In this document: positions 20,517-30,754 of the stretch, piece by piece
Numbering within the stretch: position 1 is the first letter of the stretch
Layout of the letters: each line of letters opens with the position of its first letter
Source of the DNA: Phycisphaerae bacterium
GTDB lineage: Bacteria > Planctomycetota > Phycisphaerae > UBA1845
Direction of reading: 5' to 3'
DNA length: 64,000 bases
NCBI GenBank assembly: GCA_963666835.2
Contig: CAXXGO010000006.1
Span: 1,856,001-1,920,000 of the forward strand
The notes under the pieces: generated by a model
Database searches by the model: none
Seen by the model: only the letters and a program-made list of their open reading frames with translations
What the model was told of the DNA's origin: nothing
Position numbers and translations under genes: made by a program

Positions 20517-21770
20517 TCACGTGTCCACGCCGGTCGCCGCTTCGTCCTCCTCGGGTACGTCCTCGCCGGTGTATACGTCTCCCACGTCCGTCTTATCCAC
20601 GTCGCGCCGCAGAAGGAAGTAGATCACCGTGCTGCCGGAGAAGTAGAACGAGCATCCAAACGCCAACAACAGTCCGAACATCACCAGTACGTACGCCGAA
20701 ATGAAAGACGCCGAGAAGTACTCGTACCAGACCAGCCGGCTCCAATCTGGCCAGAACTGCAGGCCGCCCGAACCGGTGAACGGCCAGAGCAAGTCAAGCT
20801 TGGCCAGCGGAGCTTCCTCCGTTCCGCGGCTCCACCAACCGAAAGGTGAAGTGCCGAAGGCTACGACTCGGTGCGTAATATTCAGCGAGAAGATCAAAAA
20901 GAACTTGGCGAAGTACCAGCAGATGTGGCCATAGACGACTGCGATGAACCCGTACAGGATCGTCTTCCACGGTCTGGTGAAGGCGTAACTCAGTGACCGG
21001 GAGAAGGCATCAAAGGCGTCCTGCCCTTCCGTAACCACAGCCGGCCAGAATAGGTGTCCGCCCACCGCTAAGCCGAGGAACAGAAGCGTAATCACCAAGC
21101 CACCGATCAAACAGAGCCCGAACGCAATCCCTCCGATCAGGTCGCCAAGCACCGGTATGCGCAAGAACACCCCCGAAGCTACGAGTAGCAGGCCGATCAG
21201 GACCACAAACACAAGCGGCAGTAGGGGGGCGAGCAACGTGCCTCCCAGAAGGTGGGTTCCCGCAAAACGCAAGGCCTCGCGGGCGGAGACCTTCTCGTTG
21301 CGTGCAAACTGGAGAGCAGCGATTCGGCATATTGCTCCGCCGCCCCACGCCCAAATCACGAGGGAGCCCAGACAGAATAAGGCAAAGTACACGGGGTGGG
21401 AGTGCGCCAGCCAGATAGTGCTCGGCATTGCATGCGCGACACACCAACCAGATGGGTTCATGGAATCCGAGTCCGCTGTCTGCTGTATCGACCACCAGGC
21501 GGAAAACACCCCCTGACCACTGACGGGACCATCATAATGGCGGCCAAGCTGATCCACGACGGCCGCGGTCGGCATGGCCGAATCTTCCACCCCGCCGCCG
21601 AGGGTCGATACGAAATTCAGACAGATGCCCAGTGCGAACGTCGCAATCAATGCCGCCAAGGCGATCCCGAGCTTGGCGGGGTGCAGGGCGATTCCCAGAA
21701 TCCGCGCAAGATGGGGCAAGCCGGTCTCCTCAAGCCATCCGATGCCGGTTGGGGGTTGCTGGTCGTGCAT
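20517..21770 (-). CDS. Multi-pass membrane protein of unknown function
   Basis: About 6 hydrophobic segments; motifs GAICRIAALQFAR, DAFDAFSRSLSY, IYFLLRRDVD. Confidence 0.75.
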   Translation of the reverse strand: MHDQQPPTGIGWLEETGLPHLARILGIALHPAKLGIALAALIATFALGICLNFVSTLGGGVEDSAMPTAAVVDQLGRHYDGPVSGQGVFSAWWSIQQTADSDSMNPSGWCVAHAMPSTIWLAHSHPVYFALFCLGSLVIWAWGGGAICRIAALQFARNEKVSAREALRFAGTHLLGGTLLAPLLPLVFVVLIGLLLVASGVFLRIPVLGDLIGGIAFGLCLIGGLVITLLFLGLAVGGHLFWPAVVTEGQDAFDAFSRSLSYAFTRPWKTILYGFIAVVYGHICWYFAKFFLIFSLNITHRVVAFGTSPFGWWSRGTEEAPLAKLDLLWPFTGSGGLQFWPDWSRLVWYEYFSASFISAYVLVMFGLLLAFGCSFYFSGSTVIYFLLRRDVDKTDVGDVYTGEDVPEEDEAATGVDT

Positions 21771-21999
21771 CGTGGGATCCTCCTCGTAACTTGCCGCTGT
21801 TTCCCGATCGTCGTGTTTTGCTTGCCAAGCCGTGCCGTGGTGGTCGGGAGCGAATGCTCGACTTGCACGGCCATCCTGTGACGAGTGACCGTAAGACTCG
21901 ATCCGCAAAGAACGGCACACCCGCCGATAGTTATGATTATAGTAACCGCTCGCCGATCGGCAACGCTACAACTACTCGGCGGAGGTTGCGCGCCGGTCT

Positions 22000-22824
22000 T
22001 CAATGTTCGCCGGTTGCCGTACCGGTCATCAGTTCGGCAATGAAATCGGCGACGGAGTTGATCAAAGCCTCGCGCGGCAACCTGTTGTTTATCCCGTCCG
22101 CTACCCGGCGAACAATTGCGCTGCCGACGACCGCGCCGTCGGCGTACTCGCAGACGGCTCGAACGTGTTGTGCGTTGCTTATCCCAAAACCAACGCATAC
22201 CGGCAGATCGGATAGCGAGCGTAGCTCCCCAACCACTTCCGGCAATGCCGATGAGATTGCCGTTCGTTCGCCCGTCGTCCCCGCTACCGCAATCTGGTAA
22301 ATGAACCCCGTCGATTGACGTGCGACGGCGGCGCGGCGCGCCGCTGACGCGGTGGGGGATACCAAACCAATGTAGCCCAGGCTCGCCGCGGCTGCGGCGG
22401 CCGAGGTGGGGGCGGACTCCTCGAGAGGGACGTCGGGGAGAATGACTCCATCGAAGCTCGAACCGGCGGCCTGATCCATGAACATCTGCAGGCCCGTGCG
22501 GTGTACGACCGAGTAGGACACCATCGCCACAATGGCGCAATTGACTTCGGGCCGTACTCGGCCGACGAGTCCGAACACATCCGCTACCGTTTGGCCGCGA
22601 GCTAGTACGTGAGTGAAGGAACTTTGAATCACCGGTCCGTCGGCGATCGAATCGGAATACGGAATGCCGATCTCTATCACCGCGGAACCAAGAGCATCGG
22701 CCCGGCGGATAAGTTCCGCGGTCGCCTCCAGATCCGGGAACCCGGCCGTGAGGTAGGGGAGCAGGGCCCCGCGCCCGGATCTTCTGGCGTCACCGAGTAT
22801 CTTCTCGATTCGAGCTGTCGTCAC
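22000..22824 (-). CDS. trpA: Tryptophan synthase alpha subunit
   Basis: PYLTAGFPD, IEIGIPYSDSIADGPVIQ, GVILPDVP, GTTG, VGFGIS, DGAVVGSAIV. Confidence 0.97.
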   Translation of the reverse strand: MTTARIEKILGDARRSGRGALLPYLTAGFPDLEATAELIRRADALGSAVIEIGIPYSDSIADGPVIQSSFTHVLARGQTVADVFGLVGRVRPEVNCAIVAMVSYSVVHRTGLQMFMDQAAGSSFDGVILPDVPLEESAPTSAAAAAASLGYIGLVSPTASAARRAAVARQSTGFIYQIAVAGTTGERTAISSALPEVVGELRSLSDLPVCVGFGISNAQHVRAVCEYADGAVVGSAIVRRVADGINNRLPREALINSVADFIAELMTGTATGEH

Positions 22825-23311
22825 CGTTGTAGCCCCATCATATTGGCGTCGAGTTCAGTACTTTGCCGGAATCGCCTGCAACTCCGCAAGCCCTATGTCG
22901 CGTTCACCGCCAGTTCGAGTTGCGACGATTGTGTCGGAAATCGTGGCTGCGCGAAAATAGTGTGGGCCGACTTTTTTCGGAGCCTTGATCATTCGTCCGC
23001 AGATAGAAGGGGGTTAGACGATGAACCAAGGACGCGGTGAGCCTGTGTAAGTCTCGTGTGGCCAGCATGTTACAGCGGGCACGGGGCGTCCACGACACGC
23101 TCTCGGGTCCTCTTCGCCGGTCTCAATAATGTCGCCGGGGATTGGGACGCGGCAGGTGATGCAACCACCAACGATAGCATAGGTTACGGCAGGCCGGGCA
23201 CGCGGGGGCGGTCGGTTGCGGATGAAGCGAGACGGAGCAAAGCGAGTTTACGGTTTTTCAGGGCGGCATTCGATCGAGGATCACGACCCGCGAGATTATC
23301 GCGTTTTTTTC

Positions 23312-23340
23312 TTGGGCGGCTACCAGGACGGGAGTATAAT
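23312..23340 (+). promoter_or_regulatory. Sigma70-type promoter
   Basis: TTGGGC (23312-17), 17-bp spacer, TATAAT (23335-40); predicted +1 at ~23347 coincides with the start of a long hairpin. Confidence 0.75.
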
Positions 23341-23346
23341 TCAATA

Positions 23347-23549
23347 GTCTGATTCGGTGCGGCTGCCGTGCTCGACGGGGAGCCCACATTGGCTGAACCG
23401 ATAACAGAACCGGTGGAGGCTTTGCTCGGAACCAAACGACGTACCGACCCCTTTGAGGTTGGCGGTCTGGGATTCGGCGAGCCACCCACGTTTAACATAG
23501 GGTTCTGTCATTGGCTCCCATCGGCACAGCGGCGGTTGCCCGGACGGAC
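23347..23549 (+). ncRNA. ssrS: 6S RNA (probable)
   Basis: ~200-nt rod. 5' GTCTG/TTCGG/GCGGCTGCCG/GTGC/GGGAGCC pairs with 3' GGCTCCC/GCAC/CGGCGGTTGC/CCGGA/CGGAC. TGGCTGAACC pairs with GGTTCTGTCA. A-rich central bubble (GATAACAGAACC / GTTTAACATA) and an apical stem. Directly downstream of a TATAAT promoter. Confidence 0.75.
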
Positions 23550-23704
23550 CTTGTAAACCGCGGGCTTGCGGCTTGATCGCAAGCCCCTTTTTTGCGCGCT
23601 GCGCAAAGGGGGCAGTGCCGCGGGCGCGACGCCGGAGACCGCCTCTTCTGATCCCCGTTTATGCCTTCCGTGCAATCGAAGTTTCCGGTGGTATACTCTC
23701 AGCC

Positions 23705-24928
23705 ATGAACGCGATGGTGCTTTTCGAGGACGTCGGGTATGCCAACCTCCAGCCGTTGCTCGGTTGGCGTTCGCTATTTGAGCTGCGGATCGGACGGAAG
23801 ATCGTCCTCGATAGAATGGCCCAGATTCTGGGCTTGCCCGTTGTCGGAGTCTGGACGCGCCCGCGGATGGCGGGAGTGGCGGCCCAGCGTTGCGGTGCGC
23901 CGGCCAACGGGCGGTTGCCCGAGAACACTCTTCTCGTCAATGGTCGCTGGTTGCCGAGCGGACCGGTTGATTTCCCTGCGGCGCCGTGCGCCGGAGTCGT
24001 CGGGGATGACGTTGCCTTTGTCATTTGTGATCGCAAGCTGGCGGAGAGGCTGGCACCGGAAGAGATGCTCAACCGGGAACGACTGCGCGGGGCTCTGTAC
24101 GGGGTGCCGCGAGTTGCCGCCACCGGTCGGCTTATCGGATATCCGTGGGATGTTATAGCCAACCTCCGTGATTCCTTGAAAGAGGACTGGTGCGAGCCCG
24201 ACGCCTGCATCGAGACCGAACTGGACCCGCGAGTTGATCTGGAGCACGTCGACCGGATCCACATCGGGCAGAATTCGCAGATTCATCCGACCGCAGTAAT
24301 CGACGCGTCCACCGGCCCGGTGTTCATCAGTCACAATGTGCATGTCGGGCCTTACTGCGTGATTGAGGGACCGGCCTACATCGGGCCCGGGTCGCGAATC
24401 AACCCGCATGCCTGGCTGCACGACGGCGTCGCCACCGGAGCCTGCTGCAAGATCGGCGGCGAAATAGACGGCTGTATTTTCCATGGCTACACGAACAAGC
24501 AGCACAACGGCTTTCTCGGGCATGCATACGTCGGCAGTTGGGTCAACATCGGGGCCGGGGCGAACAACTCCGATCTCAAGAACACTTACAGCAGCGTGCG
24601 GGTGACCCTGGAGAACGGCGAAGTCGATACCGAGCAGATGTTCTTTGGAGCCGTCATCGGTGATCATGCTAAGCTCTGTATCAACGCTTCGTTGCCTACC
24701 GGAGCGGTGGTCGGAGTTGCTGCGGTGGTGGCCACGACCCGGTTCACTCCCAAATCCGTGCCCGCGTTCGCGTGGCTGACGGACGAGCAACTGTCACCGG
24801 GCAAGCCCGACCTTCTCCTTGATGTGGCGACCCGGATGATGGTGCGGCGCAATGTGGACATGACCGACGCCGAAGTGGAGCTATTCCTCGAACTCGGCGA
24901 ACGCCAGTCAAACGGCGACGTCTGTTGA
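23705..24928 (+). CDS. GlmU-like putative sugar-nucleotidyltransferase/acetyltransferase (N-terminal NTP-transferase-like domain plus left-handed beta-helix)
   Basis: LFED..NLQPL..RSLFELRIG, LLVNGRW, hexapeptide repeats, NKQHNGFLGHAYVGSWVNIGAGANNSDLKNTY. Confidence 0.85.
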   Translation: MNAMVLFEDVGYANLQPLLGWRSLFELRIGRKIVLDRMAQILGLPVVGVWTRPRMAGVAAQRCGAPANGRLPENTLLVNGRWLPSGPVDFPAAPCAGVVGDDVAFVICDRKLAERLAPEEMLNRERLRGALYGVPRVAATGRLIGYPWDVIANLRDSLKEDWCEPDACIETELDPRVDLEHVDRIHIGQNSQIHPTAVIDASTGPVFISHNVHVGPYCVIEGPAYIGPGSRINPHAWLHDGVATGACCKIGGEIDGCIFHGYTNKQHNGFLGHAYVGSWVNIGAGANNSDLKNTYSSVRVTLENGEVDTEQMFFGAVIGDHAKLCINASLPTGAVVGVAAVVATTRFTPKSVPAFAWLTDEQLSPGKPDLLLDVATRMMVRRNVDMTDAEVELFLELGERQSNGDVC

Positions 24929-25091
24929 GAAAGGGCGACCGGCTCCGGACCTATTACCGCTGACGTTATCAAGAGACGTCCTCGACGAGGTGTGTGCATC
25001 GCACGGCCGTGCCGTGATCTCATTTCCGCGCAGGATCGCTCCGCTGCGAGAGAGTGAACTGCGGGCAATACGCCGGCGTTGCGTCCTCCAG

Positions 25092-25160
25092 CCCAGGGTT
25101 GCCGCGCGGCGGCTACCCTGGGATCACGGTCGGATGAGAGATCAACCCCAACCGGGGTTG
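25092..25160. repeat. REP-like palindromes (CCCAGGGT...ACCCTGGG and AACCCC...GGGGTT)
   Basis: Inverted repeats between convergent genes; the same motif pair occurs in the 312-bp unit at 49.6 kb. Confidence 0.6.
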
Positions 25161-25444
25161 CGTCACTGTGACTGGTCTTTGGCACCCCGTGGGCGCGACC
25201 CAGGTTGGGGTCGATTCAGAGGATTCGCCTGTACCCAGGGTGATCGCCACACGGTCGCGGTGGACATATGTCACTATCTTCGGCGTAAGGTCGAGAACCA
25301 GACGCCGACGTTCCCCGGCCGTCGCCGACGCTGAATCGCGGACAGGTGCCAAACCGCGGCCGCACGCAACCCGACGATCCCTCCAAAGTGCGGCAGTGCC
25401 GTTGCTGCTGCGGTTGTCCAACGACCGCTGGCGATTCCCTTCGC

Positions 25445-25741
25445 TTACGACTTCTCGCGAACGCTGCGGAGTTTGTCCTCGATGGTCTGCGCGCGGTCGG
25501 TGCGGGTCCCGAGCTTGATCGTCGTGGAAATGCGCGGCGCCCCCATGGCGTGTACGGTCTCATGGCAGCGCTTTACCGCGGCCATGACCGTATCCCAATC
25601 CCCTTCGATGTTCGTTCCGTACCCGTGCAGGTGCGGCGTCAGCCCCGCCTCAGTCAACACCTTCTCGCAGGCGACGACGTACTTAGAGACCGACACGCCG
25701 ACCCCGACGGGCACCACACAGAGATCCATAATCACATTCAT
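25445..25741 (-). CDS. MTH1187/YkoF-family thiamine-binding protein
   Basis: DLCVVPVG.G.SVSKYV, LHGYGTNIEGDWD, GAPRISTTIKLGTRTD, 98 aa. Confidence 0.9.
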   Translation of the reverse strand: MNVIMDLCVVPVGVGVSVSKYVVACEKVLTEAGLTPHLHGYGTNIEGDWDTVMAAVKRCHETVHAMGAPRISTTIKLGTRTDRAQTIEDKLRSVREKS

Positions 25742-26051
25742 CTTCGAGCCTCCTTGAGCAACCTGCCTATTCTAAGGCGGTTCAAGGCGCGGGGCCACCA
25801 GGGGTAGGAGATTGGAGCCGTCTTAGAGCGAACCCGGGACGCGTGTTTGCGTCGCGCCGATTCTGGATGTGGACCGGAGGCCGGGGCAACGGAGAGCTTC
25901 GAGCAGGTTGATTGCGCCAGACCGAGGGCGAGAAGATACCCGGTGTTTTGGGGATGCTCGCCTTCACCGTATTATCCTACTACGATTCGAGTATGGGGGA
26001 CAAGAACGCCCGGAACACGCGTCAGCTACGCAAAGAGACGGAGACGTTCAG

Positions 26052-26531
26052 ATGAAACGAAAGACCATCATCCTGGTTTCGATTGTCTTGGCGGTTCTTC
26101 TGCTTTGGTACGTGTTTGTCCCGGAGGTTGGTTGGGATGGCAGCGTTATGAGCCGGATCGTAATAACGGTTGTCGATGGGCAGACGCGAACGCCGATCGC
26201 GAACGCTGCCGTCGAACTGCGCCGTCCTCGCAGGGAGAAAACTCGGGCGGGCTTCAGCCCGGACTTCTATGACAAGCTCGTGGCGAAAGCCGGCACGGAC
26301 GAGTCCGGTACGGCGACGGTATCAGCGGCTTTTGGTGCCGGCGGAACCACCGGAATTCTCGGTCGATCCGGACGAGTGGTGTACTTCGATACTTGGTTGC
26401 AGGTGTTTGCCGACGGATACGAGACCACGCGCTCACCTCTCAGTCGATACACTGGGAGCACGCGGTCTGTCGGGCGCAGTCAAGACATCGAAATCGTCAT
26501 TGAGCTTGCCGCGGTACGGCATGACCCGTAG
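26052..26531 (+). CDS. Hypothetical membrane-anchored protein with a carboxypeptidase-regulatory-like (transthyretin-like) beta domain
   Basis: N-terminal TM; ITVVDGQTRTPIANAAV, TDESGTATV, LQVFADGYET. Confidence 0.6.
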   Translation: MKRKTIILVSIVLAVLLLWYVFVPEVGWDGSVMSRIVITVVDGQTRTPIANAAVELRRPRREKTRAGFSPDFYDKLVAKAGTDESGTATVSAAFGAGGTTGILGRSGRVVYFDTWLQVFADGYETTRSPLSRYTGSTRSVGRSQDIEIVIELAAVRHDP

Positions 26532-26679
26532 CGGATGCCGAGGTGTTTCCGAACAAAGAGCGTGGAAATACGAGACCGTTCCCCAGGAGCCGAGGATCTA
26601 CTGTGTTCAATGGTACCAACCTCATCAGGCGGTCACGCGGTAATCCGTTCCGAAGGGCCGCGGGATGGCGGTTCTCGAA

Positions 26680-26952
26680 GCAGCCTGGAAGTCCACGCTA
26701 CGAGGTGTCGGAAGCTTGCGTTCCGGAAAGACGGACGGTTCAATCGCCACGCCCCGCGAGCAATGGCCCCGAAGGGGCCGGGGCATGTAGCCACGGGTGG
26801 AGCGAAGCGTAACCCGTAGGGACGATTGACTCTCTCGACATGCCGCCCCGAAGGGCCGGAGGACCGCAGCTCGCGATGCAGGCTGGAAGCCTACGCTACG
26901 GACCGGCCCGAAGGATGGCAGCTCTCCAAGCAGACTGGAGGCCTGCGTTACG
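26680..26952 (-). repeat. Cluster of three GTAG-type REP-like copies (consensus CGTAGCG(C/T)AGGCTTCCAGCCTGC on the minus strand) plus CCCGAAGGG hairpins
   Basis: Copies at 26680, 26878 and 26930; a copy in the opposite orientation lies at 52763-52785. Confidence 0.7.
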
Positions 26953-27041
26953 GGCCACGCGGCGGAAGGGCATGGTCGAGGCGCAAGATGCGCGTTGGGT
27001 TGCAGTAACGACGAAAGGTTGCTGCGGCGTTCGATGGACTG

Positions 27042-27761
27042 TTACGGCGGGGTGTCGAAGTCGGCCAGCTTGAGATCCTCGGCGGGATCGTCCGTGCGGA
27101 CGTAGAAATCGTTGATGCGTTGGCGGTGGAACTTGCGGTAACCGCGGGCGGTGAGGTACGGTTCGATCTCATTCCCGGTGGGACGGTCGTTCTCGACAAC
27201 CAGAACTCGCGGACGGAACCGGTCCAGATCAAGCCCCTCGAGGACCTCCAACTCGCAGCCCTCGGTATCAATCGAAACCAGATCGATGGACCAACCGGCG
27301 TTGGGAACCCACGGACCGCGACCCGGCGGGGGGTTCTTCCGCTCGTGGCGGAGAACGTCGTTGAGCGTAACGACCGGCACCTCGATTTCCACGAGCGTCG
27401 CGCCCTCACGCCGGCAGCGGTCGACGTGTTCCTGGTCGGCCTTCAGGAACGACAGAACGGGACGGTTCTGGGCCACGGTGAACTTGGCCGTGCGCGGGCT
27501 GCCCGGCTTGCTGACCGCGGCGTTGATCACTCTGCTGCGGACCCGGGCGGTCGCGGCCTTCTCGCACAGCTCGCGGATCGGCTCGATTAGGATCCCGTGC
27601 CATCCCATCTGCTCTAGAAAGTACGTATTGCTGATCGTAACGCCGTCGAAGGCCCCGACATCGATGAAGTAGCCGCTCGGTCTTTGACGAAAAACCTCCC
27701 ACAAGACCCGGTCTTCACCGAATTGGGCCTTGTATAGATGATCGATCGAAATGGTTGTCAT
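27042..27761 (-). CDS. FkbM-family SAM-dependent methyltransferase
   Basis: AQFGED, FIDVGAFDGVTISNT, GILIEP, IDLVSIDTEGCE; ATGA overlap with the upstream gene. Confidence 0.92.
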   Translation of the reverse strand: MTTISIDHLYKAQFGEDRVLWEVFRQRPSGYFIDVGAFDGVTISNTYFLEQMGWHGILIEPIRELCEKAATARVRSRVINAAVSKPGSPRTAKFTVAQNRPVLSFLKADQEHVDRCRREGATLVEIEVPVVTLNDVLRHERKNPPPGRGPWVPNAGWSIDLVSIDTEGCELEVLEGLDLDRFRPRVLVVENDRPTGNEIEPYLTARGYRKFHRQRINDFYVRTDDPAEDLKLADFDTPP

Positions 27762-30700
27762 AAGGGAGGCACCTCCGCGCATTCCGGCGGCACTACCGCC
27801 GCGCAGAGTCGGTCCGCCCCCCCCACGGCACTCGCCGACTCCGCCGCGGGAGGCACCACTTCCGATAACGGTGCCGTAACCGGGGCACTTGCCCCCGGGG
27901 TCGTCGGGAGGACCCCGCCGCGTTGCAGCTCCTTTACCAGCGAGGTAAGCCGGTGGCTGTACAGGTGCTCCGCCAGAGTCCGCCGTTGACCGGCCAGGGC
28001 AATCTGCCTGCGGTCATCCGGATGGGTCAGGTAATACGAGGTCTTCTCCAACAGCTCCTGTTCATTATGGAAGACCTCGCACTCCTTGCCGATCTCGAAG
28101 AACTCTCCGAGTTCGGCTGTCGGGTAGGTCAACATGAACCCGCCGTGGGCCGTGATCTCAAAATGACGGAGAATCAGCCCGCTTTCGAGATTACCCTTGA
28201 TCATGTTCAAGCAGACCGGAACCTGCCGCATGCGTTTGTGGAGCAGTTTGAGATCCCAGATTCGCGGAGTGTGCTTCAACCCGCACAGATTCTCCCAGTG
28301 ATCGCCGATCAGCTCGAAGTTCTCCCCCAACTTGCGCTTGAGGAACCGGGCGAACCGGTCCCGCTGTTTGACCGCAAGATACGCGTTGTATACGAACTTG
28401 TCGCCGTAGTATCCGGCGGCTTTCCGCGCCCGGACCTCCCGAGAGTCCTGGGGAGTCGGCGGATCAGCGAATCCGTATAGATCAAAGTAGATGCTGTGAA
28501 ACGGCACGTCTGGCAGATCCGCCCGCACGGCCGCGGCCGTCAGGCCCGGCAGCAACTGCCCCGAGCCGATCGTCTGGTTGGACTTGAACCACGACGAACC
28601 CGGATGGCCCATGAACGCCAGAACCGGACCGGACTCGTCAACGACGGCCGGGCTAGTGTCGTATTCGCCGTCACCGGCCGCCATGGGCACTCTGATTACG
28701 TTGGGAACGCCCAGTCGAATCAGTTCGTCGGCGTGGGCACGCTCCATGACTCCCTTAATCCAGGTCGGGCTTTCCAACAGGTGCCAATGATCCGCCCACT
28801 CCACCTGAGCCATTGTGGAGGTGATCGGATCCAGGTAGCACGCGACATAGGGGATCCCCAACGCGGCCGTCGTCAATTGCATCTGCCCGGCGTTTTTGCC
28901 CGACGGAACCAGGGTAAGGGCACTGGTGTTGAAATCGACAACAAGCTCGATGTCGTGTTCTTCCAGAAACGGTCGGTAGATTGCTCCGTCACGCAAACGC
29001 GCGTCCAAAGAGCGGTTGAAGTCCGGGTTCGGCACCTCGGGAAGCAGGTAGGTATCGAAGCCGGCGACGCGTGCGGCCCGCTCGAGTTGCGCCGTAGTAG
29101 CCACCCGGAGCCGCCGCCGGACGGATCCACTTCCTCCCGGACACTCGGCAGACTCTACTCGAAGAACCGGCGGTTTTGCCGGACTTTGAGGCGGCGGGCA
29201 AGTGATGCTCGGAGTCGGCTTGGCAGGGCTTGTGACGACAATACGGTCAGTCTCGTCTCCCTGTTTCACCCGACCGGCAGACGTTGCTTCCCGAGTGGAA
29301 GTGAAGCAGTCAAGCCGGGCATGCTTGAACATCCGCTGGAGACGATCCTCCCAAGTATGGTCGCGCCGCAGGCGCGCAAGGGCGGCGGTACCAAGAGCCC
29401 GTCGTCTCGCGTCATCGGCGAGCAGCTCGGCGATAATCGCACGAGCCTGCCCCGGAGTGTCAAATAGTCCGATTTCCTTGTGCGGTTCGAACAGGTCCGC
29501 TAGACCCCGGCGGTTGATGTGGACCTGAGCAACCCCCGACGCCGCAATCTGAAACGGCTTATGACTGGCGCCTTCTTCCTCGCCGCCCTGCGAGATGTTG
29601 ATGGCGATCTTACCGCGGGCGTACACGGCGGCTTGATCGCGATAGTCCACCCATCCGCCCCCGGGTATGCCCCGCGAGGACCAGTCCGACCCGAACACCG
29701 CCAGGCGGAAATACCGGGCGAGATACGACAAGATGAAGGTGCGTTGCCAGGAAAGGAATGACCAGAGGATCTCGGTCGCGGCGAAGTAGGTGTGATGGTT
29801 GGCCAGCAGCCAGCGGGATGCTTCGGCGTGGTCGTTCTCCAGTTGCTCAAACAGGTCGAAACCCGGGGTGTTCGGAGAACTCTGCCGATGTTGCGTCCAT
29901 TCGTTGCCCAAGGCAGTCAAAGGACCAACAAGTGAATCCGGAGCGTCCTTCCGCCAGAGTTCGTCCAGCCTCGTCCGGACTGACTCAGCCACGATGGCGC
30001 TGATCGCGTTTTGGTCGGGCTCGTTTTGTTCGAGGAACGGCTCCAAGGCGGGGATGGGGGCCGGGGGCGACCCGACGACTGCCACCACGTCGTACTCCGG
30101 GTTCACCGGTCCGACGGGATTCATAAACTCGGGATCTTCAGCCACCGGCACCCCGAAACAGCTCCGCCAGCCCAGCAGACGCTTGAGCTCTCGAGCGTGG
30201 ACGTCACTCTTGAGGAAGTGGTGCTTCGCCCCGCCGCGCAACATCGGCTGAAAGTCGTCTCGCAGTGATTGTCTCTCGAGGAACCACTGAGGGATGGTCC
30301 GTCCACCACAGCAAGTGGGGGATTCCCATTCTGTCGAACAGGGTCGATATCTCGCCGCTCGGCAGTGTTACGCAAGGCCATTCCGTTGTGCCATTGGTCC
30401 CCAATCCGATGACGGCCTGCACGTTTTCGCGGCGTAAGCCCGCTTCCATCCGGGCCGTGATTACGTCGAGGCTCTCCGTCGGCACCTGACGCATCTCCAG
30501 CATCTGGAACACCGCCGTGCGAATGCCCATCCTCCGGGCAGCCTGCATCATCTGGGCAATGTAGAAGCAACTGACCCGTCCGGGACACTGCAGGAACAAC
30601 AAGGTCGGGGGTAACGTCGCGCTTCCACCGGGGTGGGATTACCGGCGGAGCTGCGTCCGTCGTTTTCTCACTCAGATCAACCGAGTGGGCCGCCTGACGT
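27758..30700 (-). pseudogene. Two-domain CgeB/Glyco_trans_1_2-like glycosyltransferase, frameshifted near 30292 and near 30635 (start uncertain)
   Basis: Two copies of the C-terminal motif (KIAINI...KPFQIAASG...L..HTWEDRL; VCLNM..NLESGLILRHFEITAHGGF...EHLYSHRL). Deleting one C at ~30292 joins WWTDHP to QWFLERQSLRDDFQPML. Confidence 0.75.
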
Positions 30701-30754
30701 CGGGAAGTCAATGCCGCGTTGCGGATTCTGTTCGTCCATCCTTTTTCGTATCAC

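Noticed and set aside
22830..23300. trp attenuator or T-box upstream of trpA
   Set aside because: No Trp-rich leader peptide or T-box consensus recognised
24930..25440. Transposase (IS200/RAYT) remnant near the palindromes
   Set aside because: No HUH or catalytic Tyr motif could be read in any frame
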